From the human T2T-CHM13v2.0 reference genome, Homo sapiens, in the NCBI RefSeq assembly GCF_009914755.1, contig NC_060933.1: a DNA stretch of 64,000 nucleotides. The stretch is one strand, 5' to 3'. The notes beneath the pieces are model-generated. The model was not told the origin of the DNA and did not search any database. It saw only the letters and a program-made list of their open reading frames with translations. The position numbers and the translations under genes are program-made. Position 1 is the first letter of the stretch; each line of letters opens with the position of its first letter. Shown here in pieces: positions 51,427-64,000 of the stretch.

Positions 51427-52129
51427 GTTTGGATGAATGGATAGATGGATGGGTAGAATACTATCACAAACAGGAGGCTTTCAAGACTGTCAAAGAAAGT
51501 TGAATCTGTCTATCATTTTCTGTCATTGCTATGGCCATTAAACTTGATCCTCAATATCTTAAGTTTGAGTCAGGGAGAAAGGGCAATTCCATTAAAGGCA
51601 GTTCTCTGAGATGCTATGATTCTACGGAGTATGGCTTTGGATCTCCCTGTATAAATGAGGTTGCGGCTCAGGTTGGATGGAGGTATTCCCACTTCATAAG
51701 CATGAGAACCCTGCCAGTACTTACATGAGGGTGCCTGAACATTAATTTCTCAGGTTTTGGGAAGGTGCATCACCTTCACTTCTGCAGTGCATTAATGAAG
51801 GACCATTCAGAGCTATGTAGATGGTGGTAATGGCTTTGGAACGTGATTCACTGAAAAATGAAATATGTATATATTGCATCTAAAATATATGAAAAAAAAC
51901 TATTTTTTATAACCAATTTGAGCTTCTGCAAGAGCCCCCACCATATTCTTAACATATGTCAGAAAAAAATTGGGAGAGCCACTGAAAAAGGCAAAAATGA
52001 TTATGTCTCAGTTTGTATACCCGCAGGTTATCTCTGCCTTTTACTTCCTTTGACCATTTTTAAGACTATAAAAGTTGTAGAGTACAGGTGGTAATGGAAA
52101 TGTTTCATGTTCATGAAAATACAAATAGT

Positions 52130-52300
52130 AAATTAGCCATGTGTGGTGACACCTGCCTGTAGTTCCAGTTACTCAGAAAGTTGAGGCAGGAGAATCACTT
52201 GAGCCCAGGAGCTTGAGACTACAGTGATTTATGACTACATCACTGCACTCTAGCTTTGGTGGCACAGGGATATTTCATCTCAGTAAAATACATTTTAAAA
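52130..52300 (+). mobile_element. Alu right-monomer element (FRAM or truncated AluJ)
   Basis: aattagccatgtgtggtgacacctgcctgtagttccag...cttgagcccaggagcttgagactacagtga. Probable TSD aaaatacaaat(a/t)gt. Confidence 0.8.
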
Positions 52301-53044
52301 AAATACAAATTGTGTCTGGTAAAGATATAATTGAATATTGTTCTGTGGATATAGACCAAAGTTTTGTAAATTCATTTCATTCCTGACAGCATGTAAATGT
52401 ATATTTTAGAATTATTTGAATTGGTTGTAACACCTTACTAGTGATGTCATTAATTGATAAGTCAATACAATCTTGGAAAATGAGAAAAATATTTTTAGCA
52501 GTTAAAATCATTTAGGCCTGGTGCTTTCTTTCAAGAAGCATTGTCAGTTATTGGTTTATTTGTTTAAATAAATATAGGCTGATTTAGAGTATTTATCCTT
52601 GTGTAATTCTGACAGTTTGTATCTTTTAATATATTTATCCATTTCACCTAAGTTATCAGATTTATGGGCATAGATTTGGCCATAGTATTGCTTTATCCTT
52701 TAATATCTATGAGGCCATAATAATTACCCTTCCTTTTTTCCTGATATTGGTGATTTGTGTCTTCCATTTTTTTCTCACTTAGCCTGGCTAGAAGTTTATC
52801 AATTTTACCGATCATAGACTGGATTGTGACTTCCATTTTTATGAAATTCTCCACTTTTTAATTTTTTAAAATATTTTTTCTATTATTCCTATTGTTTGTG
52901 TCTGTTGTTTTTGATTTCATTGCTTTCTGCTGTTTCTCTTTTTCTCCTGTTTTCTCTGACCTTAAATTCTTATTTTTCTAGTTCTCTAATGTGGAAGCTT
53001 TGGTTTTTTGATTTAGCTCTTTCCTTTTTTCTTGTATACACATT

Positions 53045-53778
53045 TGATATGGTTTGGCTGTGTCCCCCACCAAATCTCATGTTGAATTGTAACTCCCACA
53101 ATCCCCACATGTCATGGGAGGAATCCAGTGGGAAGTGATTAAATCATGGGGGCAAGTCTTTCCCATGCTGTTTTCATGATAATAAGTAAGCCTCATGAGA
53201 TCTAATGGTTTTAAAAAGAAGGGTTTCCCTGCACACGTTCTCACTTTTTGCCTGCCGTCATCCACTTAAGATGCGACTTACTCCTCCCTGCCTTCTGCCA
53301 TGATTGTGAGGCCTCCCCAGTCATGTGGAACTGTAAGTCCCATTAAACCTCTTTCTTTTGTAAATTTCCCAGTCTCCCGAGGAGCTGGGATTACAGGCCC
53401 ACACCACCATGCCAAGCTAATTTTTGTATTTTTAGTAGAGACAGGGTTTTGTTATATTGGCCAGGCTGGTCTCGAACTCCTGACCTCAGGTGATCCACCT
53501 GCCTCGGCCTCCCAAAGTGCTGGGATTGCAGGTGCGAGCCACCGCACCTGGCCAGATCTGATGGTTGTAAAAAGAGGAATTCCCCTGCACAGGTTCTCTC
53601 TTTTTGCCTTCCGCCGTCCACTCAAGATGTGATTAAGTGAGGCCATGATTGTGAAGCTGCCATGATTGTGAGGCCTCCCTAGCCATAAGGAACTGTAAGT
53701 CCCATTAAACTTCTTTCTTTTGTAAATTTCCCAGTCTCAGGTATGTATTTATCAGCAGCATGAAAACGAACTAATACA
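53045..53778 (+). mobile_element. THE1A-like MaLR solo LTR with internal ~180-bp duplication around a half-Alu
   Basis: tgatatggtttggctgtgtcccc start and gaaaacgaactaataca end. 5-bp near-TSD acatt/acctt. Confidence 0.93.
53377..53553 (-). mobile_element. AluS 5' half (left arm, linker and start of right arm), no poly-A tail
   Basis: Reverse complement begins ggccaggtgcggtggctcgcacctgcaatcccagc and stops at cccagctcctcgg. Confidence 0.93.
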
Positions 53779-54149
53779 ACCTTCAATGTTATAAATTTCT
53801 TTCTAGGAACTGTTTCACCGTGCCTCACAAATGTTGGTCAGTTGCACCTTCATTTTCATTTAATTCCAGATATTTAAAAACAATTTGTCTTGAGACATTT
53901 TCCTTGGCCCAAGTATTATTTAGAAATGTGACTTCATTTTCTCCTCCAGCTACCACCATATTTCTTTCTTTTTCAGCAAAATTGTTGAGTCATCTCTATT
54001 TGCTTCTTCTAAGTGTCCAATTTGTATTTTCTCCCAAATTAGTCAAACTGATAAATTATCTCTGACACTTTAAGGCCTTAATATAATGAGTTCGATGAAG
54101 AAATACAAAGAAAGCAGACACAGGCTTTAAAATAACTATTTTTATATAG

Positions 54150-54416
54150 TTATTTTTGTTTGTTTCGAGGCAGGTTCTCACACTGTAGTCTAGGCTGGAG
54201 TGGAGTGGCACAAACATGGCTTGCTGCAGGCTTGACCTCCCAGCCTCAAGTGATCTTCCTACCTCAGCATCCCAAATAACTGAGACCACAGGCGTGAGCC
54301 ACCATGCCTGTCTATTTTTTTTATTATTATTTTTTGTAGAGACAGGGTCTCACCATGTTGTGCAGGCTGGTCTCATACTGCTGGTCTCATACAGTCATGA
54401 GCCACTGCATCCGGCC
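54150..54416 (-). mobile_element. AluJ with internal deletion in the left arm
   Basis: AluJ-type ctcaagtgatcttcctacctcagc and gagacagggtctcaccatgttg. About 50 bp of the left arm is missing. Confidence 0.88.
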
Positions 54417-54499
54417 TATTTTCAAAAATTAAAAAAATACTGATTTTTGGCATAAAACTCTTAACTATTTTTAAAACAAGTAAATGAAATTATACAGTT

Positions 54500-56480
54500 G
54501 CAAATTTATTAAAATTACAATGCTATTGGGTTGCATTAATAGCAGATTAAATACCACTGTATAAAAAACTTAGTATATTTGAAAAATGGATCTGAAGAAA
54601 AAATCCCCAATTACACATACAAAGAAAAATGGATACACTTACATATACAAAGAAAAACATGGAAAAGAGCATCAAAGACCCATTGATAAAGTGGTAAAGT
54701 CTAACTGACAAGTACTTTGAGTTCCAAATGGAGAAGAGAGAGAGAATAAAGCAGAAACCATATTCAAAGATGATAATGGCTGAAAGTTTCCAAAAAGAGA
54801 AAATACCTTTCAGTCACAGAAACTAGAACTCTAACAACCTCAAACAGGATGAATATGAAAAAACTGCACCCAGGAATGTTACGTGACATTGCTGAAAATG
54901 AAACAAAAAGACAAAAATCTGAAAGAAAGGGATCCAGTGGGTGGGGTGCTCTGGAGACACCTGCAAAGGAACATCAATAAATTGAGAATTGGCTTCTCAA
55001 AGGAAATGATGGAAACCAGAGTATTATAAAATTATATTCAGAAGGTTTAAATAAAATAACTTTGAACATAATATCAATCCTAAAGAAAGTTATTTTCAGG
55101 CAAACAAAAATGGGGAAAATTCTCATACCTGCTGTAAAAGTAAGGTAAAAGAATATTCTTCATTCATAAGGAAACATAACCTGGAAGGTAGTTTGAATAT
55201 AAAGAGCCAATGAGTAGTGAAGAGTTTTTATATAGTGGTAAGTTTAATAAAATATTGACCATATAAGGCAATAATAAAAGGCTCTATGAGGTTTCCAAAA
55301 TACAGGTAATTACAATGCATAATAATCACATGTAAGTCAGAAAAAAGAGTGTTTTAAAGTCTCCTAAGTTTCCTGGTTATTGGGTAAGTGGTAAAAATCA
55401 CTATTTTAAGTTCAAATTTAATCGAAATTGGAGTAACCATTAAAAGAAGAGTGAAAGGTTACATAAATGAAAGCAAAGAAGATAAGGGGAAGCAATATTT
55501 AAAATAATTAAAAAGAAGCTGAGTAAAGAAAGGTAAAAGTCATAAGGCAATTTAAATACATAACAATTAAACAGTAAGATGGTATATTTAAACTCATACC
55601 AGAATATATTGAGTAAAGCAACTAAAGGAATCTCGAACATATTATTCCAGGAGACCCTCCTACTAAAGAAAAATATTCATTTAATCAAAAGATGAATGAG
55701 GACACATCAATAAAAAGATACTAAAAATTTATATATATACTATACATGTAATATGATATATGTAAACATATACTATATATGTATATATATGTAATTTTAA
55801 GACTAAGCCAAAAATGAGAACAGTAAATATGAATTATTTAGACTCTGACAAAGTGGTTATAACATCAAAAAGAGAGAGAGAGAGAGAAGAAAAAGTAAAT
55901 TAAACTCCTTGGCATCACTAGAAAACAAAGAAACATTCAAAACCAAAAAATAGAAAAATCACAAACCAAACAATGGAAGCCTGTGTAAGGAAAAGTAGAT
56001 TTAAGTATCAAACAGCATAATTATAAAGGTAACCATTATGACAGAAAAAGTAAACATTTCAAATACCAAAATACATTTAGCATTTTTTTCTATTATTTTG
56101 TAAAAGGATTCAAGTTACATAGTAAAAATTACATGGTAAATATAACATATAGTATTTCTTACATAAAATAGTATAAGAGCTAAAAATAAGCACGATTTTT
56201 ATCAACAAATGTAAATTGGGTTAACTCATCTTTCAAAAGAAGAAAACATTTCAAAATGGCTCACAAAGCAACATACAATTCTACATTCTACATAAAAATA
56301 CACCATACCAAAATATGATAAATGGATACAAATTTAAAAATGGTCAAAATATATCAGACAAGTATTGAAAATGTCATATCTAATAAGGCAAATTAACATT
56401 AAAGATAAAGTGGGATATTTTATAATGCTAATAACCACAATTCACAATGAAAATATCTAGTTTTTGATAGATGTGCACTA
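54500..56480 (+). mobile_element. Old L1M ORF1/inter-ORF/EN remnants
   Basis: A-rich strand; gagttccaaatggagaagagagagagaa...ataatggctgaaagtttccaaaa (ORF1-like); aaatgtaaattgggttaactc (EN start-like). Confidence 0.6.
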
Positions 56481-56549
56481 AAAAATCCAGCAGACGCCTT
56501 CAAAGAACAGAGACTACAGTATACTGTAGAAAGAAGAAAGATATAAAAA

Positions 56550-56947
56550 CTTCCCAGAAACTCTCTTCAGGACTCAAAGAATTTTCCCCCAGCTGCTGGA
56601 AGTATTACCAGTTGCCAATTTCCAGCTGTTTCCTTCTCTTATATTGTCTTGGCTAAAAAGAGTTGACTCTCCCAACGACAAGCCCCCTTTTTGGTGACTA
56701 TATCCACAGACCAATCAATGCGGAAGGATAACTGCCTGCCCTTCTCCATGTTACATGAAACCACGCTTTAGGGCCATCCCAGGTTTAATGCTCCCCTTAG
56801 GTTTGCTGGCTGAAGCCTTTGTGAAGACTACATCACCTCCCAATTACTTCCTGTGTATGATTCTGACTCTTTCCATTTATTCAACAGGTATTGATCCTGA
56901 GAGCACTTCTTGATAAACTGCCAGCACACTATTTTTGTTTCAGATCT
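56550..56947 (+). mobile_element. LTR16A-like ERVL LTR
   Basis: cttcaggactcaaag...ccccagctgctggaagt; gggccatcccag...ggctgaagcctttgtg; acaggtattgatcctgagagcacttcttgataaac. Confidence 0.75.
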
Positions 56948-57616
56948 AATGGATACAATATTGAATAAAGATGAAGAGCACCTAAGTAGTAATCGATAAG
57001 GAAGCTTTTTTGATATATCCACTTTTGTACTCTGATATAAGAAAATACACCTACTTTTGACATGCTCATGAAAGAGTCTTTTATTTAAAATTCAGAAGTA
57101 ATTTAAAAAGTGCAATAATACATTCTGCAGTCTAAAAATAAACATAAATAAAAACTGAATTGCATTAAAGGCAATAGCCAAAAGAGGGCCTGGAACAAAA
57201 TGTTTTTCATTGATATCACAGACAAAGCTTTAAAATCCTCACCACATAGCATGCTCTGAAAAGTAGAGAGAGAGAGAGAAAAAAAGAATAAACTAACAAC
57301 AAAAAAGGACAAAGTGCAGTGAATGGGGAAAAATGGAAAATAATCCTCATGGAAATGAATTATGTTTAACTCAGCAACTATAAAATCAACACCTAAAACT
57401 ACATAGTGATATCAAAGTATCTCTTATCAAATTGACAAATTCCGAAAGACTGACAATACACTCTGTTGTCTGGGTTGTAGAAAACCAGGAATTTATATAT
57501 GCTGTGAAGGCTTGCAAAATATTACCTCTATGCAGAGGAATTTGATTCACTTCTATGAACACAAAACAACATAATGCAGAAGTGTATGGTTGTACTATGA
57601 TTCATAACAACGATTG

Positions 57617-57896
57617 GAGACAGTCTCACTCTGTCGCCCAGGCTGAAGTGCAGTGATGCGATCTTGGCTCACTACAACCTCCGCCTCCTGGGTTCAAGCA
57701 ATTCTCCTGCCTCAGCCTTCTGAGTATCTGGGACTACAGGTGTGTGCCGCCATGCCTGGCTAATTTTTTGTATCTTAGTAGAGGCAGGGTTTCACTGTGT
57801 TGTCCAGGCTGGTCTTGAACTCCTGAGTTCATGTAATCCACCCGTCTCGGCCTCCCAAAGTGCCAGGATTACAGGCGTGAGCCACCATGCCCGGCC
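57617..57896 (-). mobile_element. AluS lacking its poly-A tail
   Basis: Complete dimer body, but L1M sequence joins directly at ttggagacagtctc. Confidence 0.92.
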
Positions 57897-58210
57897 TCTC
57901 CTCTCCTCTCCTCTCCTCTCCTCTCCTCTCCTCTCCTCTCCTCTCCTCTCCTCCCCTCCACTCCTCTCTTCTCCCCTCCCCTCCTCTCCACTCCCCTCTC
58001 CTCTCTCCTCCCCTCTCCTCTCTCCTCCCCTCTCCACTCTCCTCTCCCCTCCCCTCCCCTCTCCCCTCCCCTCCGCTCTCCTCTCCTCTCCCCTCTCCCC
58101 TCTCCTTTCCTCTCTCCTCTCTCCTCTCCTCCCCTCCCCTCCCCCTCCTTCTCTCTCCTTTCTTTCTTTTCTTTTCTTTTTTCTTTTCTTTTCTTTTTCT
58201 TTTTCTTTTC
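57897..58210. repeat. Polypyrimidine/polypurine tract, (CTCTC)n grading to (CTTTT)n
   Basis: Directly visible, ~314 bp with about 4 purines on the + strand. Occupies the tail position of the adjacent AluJ. Confidence 0.97.
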
Positions 58211-58505
<295 letters not shown>

Positions 58506-59950
58506 TGTAGATTTATTTCTAAGGTATATTGTGAAGTTAGAAAATTACAGAAGTATTTTTAGTTTACCACAATTGTGTAAAATAGAAGGGGCAATAAGAA
58601 AAATATGTATTCTCTCAGACAATGGTTAAGGCAGAAAATATTGAAAACCATTTACTATATGAAAGACAGGCAGAAGAGTGGGAAGGAAATATAAGTGGAA
58701 GTAATATTTCTCCAAATATGCCAATTTTATAAGGTTTTCATTTTTTAACCATGTCAGTATTTTACACACAAAAAATAAAATGTAATTCTCAAGAAAAAAA
58801 GCAAACCTAAAATTTAATAAAATAATTTAGAAATGAACCTAATTATATATGAGATAGTAAACACAACTGTGAAGAGACAAGAAGTATTTTATAATAAATT
58901 TTAACTGAGGACTCTGAGTATACACCCCTTGTGGAACATATTCTAAGGACAAAAAGAATTATCAAGGAGTCTTAAGCTACAATATTAGTATTACAATTCA
59001 AAAAATCATTTAGGAATATGATATTTTAAGAGTTAACAAAAGAGGAAAGAAACACTAAAAGTGGCTCAACAGTCAAAGACAGGTTTATTTTGGAGAATAA
59101 AACAGAGGGGTTTATAAAAAATGAAAACTGAAAATACCATTGCTGGTGAATGTGTGGAGCAACAGTAATTCTCTTTCATTGCGGGTGTGAATGAAAATAG
59201 CATAACCCCTTTGAAAGACTTTGACACATTTTTACAAAGTTAAATATACTTTTACCATGTTCTTGGTATTTACAGAATCAACTTGAAAAGTTATGTCCAC
59301 ACGAAAACCTGCATGCAAATGTTTACAGCAGCTTTATTCATCATCAGAAATGGATGCCACCTAGATGCCCTTCATCTGGTCAATGGAGAAACAAACTGTG
59401 GTATATCCATGAAATAAAATATTATTCAGAGATAAAACATGAGCTATCGAGCCATGAAAATAGTCTCTGAATATTAAATGCATATTGATATGAGAAAGTA
59501 ATCAGTCTGAAATGCTCCACACTGTATGATTTCAAAATGAAATTCTGTAAAAGGCAAAAATAGAAGAACCTTGAGGACATTATGCTAAGTGAAATATGCT
59601 AGGCAAGCCAGTCACAGAAGGACAAATACTGCATGATTCCATTTAATAGTCAAACTAATAGAAACAAAAACTAGCATGGTGGTTGTCAGAGGCTGGATAG
59701 AGGGGGAAATGGAAAATGGCTAATGAATGTATATAAATTTCAGTTATATAACATAATTAAGTTCTAGAGATCTGATGTACAACATTGTGCCTATAGATAA
59801 CAATACAATGTATTGTATAGTTAAAAATATATTAAGAGGGTAGATGTCATGTTGTCTTCTTCTAATAATATTATTAATAGAAAGAAACTTGGTGGTTGCC
59901 AGGATTTTGGGGGTGGGAAGGTAGGGTTGAGCGAGTGAAACACAAGGTAT
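58506..59950 (+). mobile_element. Stack of old L1M 3' fragments (L1MC-type) with a nested L1MA-type 3' end at ~59560-59880
   Basis: gtccacacgaaaacctgcatgcaaatgtttacagcagctttattc (L1MC-like). gaaccttgaggacattatgctaagtgaaata...gttctagagatctgatgtacaac (L1MA-like). Host resumes ggtggttgccagg. Confidence 0.7.
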
Positions 59951-61988
<2,038 letters not shown>

Positions 61989-63385
61989 ACACAAGGGATT
62001 TTTTTTTAAGGCTATGAATCTATTTTGGACACATGACATTATTTGTCAAAATCCTTTGTAAAATACAGTACAAAGTGTGAATCCTAACACTTAAAATTTT
62101 GAAAAGAAAAAATTTTAAAAACATAAATATTTACAGATATGTTTATATACATGGGTTGGTATACACACATATATTTCCATCTCTGCAGTGAAGAGCACCT
62201 AAAGGCAAAGACACCCCAGTAACTTTGAGGACACCACTTCCCCAGATCTTACTTTCTAATTGTAATCTCCTCCAACAGAAACAATTAGGGCTTTTTGGAT
62301 AAACGGCTGATTCTAGGACTAAGACAGGAAATATACCAGATAAGCCTGGTATATCTTGTAGTGTCACAAAATAAGGGAGTTTAAAAAACAAAACAAAACC
62401 ATAATGAGGAAGTTAAAGCACCCCAGAGCCAACTGAAAGAGCTCTCAAACAATAAATATGAAAAATAAAGTACTATATTTTAACCAAAAGTAGAATGTAA
62501 ATATCCATGAGTTCAAACTAATTTAAATTATTGTGTAGAAAACAAATAGAGTAGAAAAGACAAATCTCCCATGCAGAAGAAATCCAAATAACTTACATAG
62601 ATAATCTGCCCTCAAGGAAGTTGCATTTAATTCCACAATCCTTAAGTGTGCTCTGCATTGTGACTTCTCTCCCCAAAGTACAGTATAGAAAGAAGGGAAA
62701 AGAATAACTTGGCAGTGAAGAAATCTGACAAACCATTACCTCAGCCACGGATCCAAGTTAACAACAGTGATACCATGATTGTATATAATCTTGATGTGAT
62801 GTTCTCAAAATGATACTTAACCCATCTAATTTCTTTCCAAAAAGCCATAACTCCAGTCTAATCATAAGGAAGAACATCAGACTTTTTAATTCAAATTGAG
62901 ACCATTTTAATTGAAGAACTTTCTATAAAACATTTGAATTCTGGATACAAGGAATGTCTGGGAAACTTATAGCCAAGAGGAACTTAAACAGACATGATAA
63001 TTAAATGCAATATGGTATCTTGGATGAGATCTTGGGACAAGAAAAGGCACATCAAGTGTAATATAAGAAAATATGATTAAGATACACATTTTAGTGACTA
63101 AAGCCTCAATAGTGGTTAATTACAACAAATATTCATAGTGATGAAAGATATTAATTATAAAGGAAACTGAGTGTAGAGTTTATGGAGACTACTAGTACTC
63201 TGTAATATTTCTGTAAATTCAAAACTGGTATAAAAATAAAGTTTATTAAAAATATCATATATCTGTCCACCGAAAAAGTCTAAAAGCAATGATACCCTGG
63301 AATTAATTAGCACACCTAGCGCCCAGGTTTTGGTTTCAGAATGCCATTAGCCACTAAATAGAATTAAGACTCCTTGAAGAGATAC
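61989..63385 (+). mobile_element. Old L1MC/MD-type 3'UTR sequence (host of the L1PA insertion)
   Basis: ggctgattctaggactaagacaggaaatataccagataagcctgg; acaaatctcccatgcagaagaaatccaaataac; ctgtaaattcaaaactggtataaaaataaagtttatt. Confidence 0.7.
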
Positions 63386-63438
63386 TAGAATATAATCTTT
63401 TGGCACACAAAATGCATGTAAGGCTTATATCTATCTAA

Positions 63439-63514
63439 ATCTGTATCTGTATCTGTATCTGTATCTGTATCTGTATCTGTATCCGTACCTGTACCTGTAT
63501 CTGTATCTATATCT
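63439..63514. repeat. (TATCTG)n hexanucleotide microsatellite
   Basis: Directly visible. Explains the DTDT ORF 63385-63573. Confidence 0.95.
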
Positions 63515-64000
63515 AGACTTACCTTGGTGTAGATACTGTTTTGCAAGAAACACTCAAAGACCAATAAAATCATGTAAACTCACACAGACACACAATTAAA
63601 TTCAGCTTGAAAGAGCTGGTTATATGTGGTGTGATTTTAGCATCAAAATGAATAATTTCAATGACTATAATTTAAAGTAACCATTAAGTCAATATAAGGA
63701 TGTGAATTCATAATATGTAAGGAAATGGGGGAATGAGAGAGAGAAGTGGAAGGAGGAAGGGATGAAGAGGACATTCTGTGCACATTTTGCTCACTTTAAT
63801 TCCTGAAATCTTTAATACACTTAAGAAACTGACTTAAAGTCAAAAGTGACCCATTTAAGTCTCATCAGCATAAATGCAACCTTTTTTATAGGTGCACATT
63901 TGTGCACACACACAGAGATTTTAGAAACGACATAAAACATAATGTAATAAATTCTGCAGGCAAATGGCATATATTAGAAATGCTTACTCAGTAATAGGCA

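Larger units (their letters stand above)
52497..53930 (-). mobile_element. Old L1M ORF2 fragment (right half), interrupted by THE1
   Basis: cagttaaaatcatttaggcctggtgctttc...tccatttcacctaagttatcagattt...ctggctagaagtttatcaatttt. Resumes after THE1 as ttcaatgttataaatttc. Confidence 0.8.

Overview
Primate (most likely human/ape) AT-rich, gene-poor DNA made mostly of interspersed repeats. I can support no protein-coding gene, RNA gene or CRISPR-like array, and every recognisable ORF is a LINE-1 remnant or an artefact of Alu, LTR or microsatellite sequence. Main contents are a full-length dead L1PA11/12-like element (~17068-23370, +), a 5'-truncated L1PA4/5-like element with TSD (~59951-61988, -), several old L1M elements, nine Alu copies or fragments, ERV1/ERVL/MaLR LTRs, a MER58A DNA transposon, MIR/L2 relics and microsatellites. 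I found no demonstrable new gene system. The most interesting signal is structural: the region has repeatedly copied pieces of itself. An 82-bp piece of an L1's own ORF2 sits inverted in its 5'UTR (81/82 identical). A 200-bp L1 segment is duplicated 1.36 kb away. A tail-less half-Alu is flanked by a ~180-bp duplication of a THE1 LTR. A ~2-kb mixed segment is dropped into an otherwise contiguous old L1. Subfamily names come from my recall of consensus sequences and need RepeatMasker/Dfam confirmation. Boundaries of old elements are approximate.
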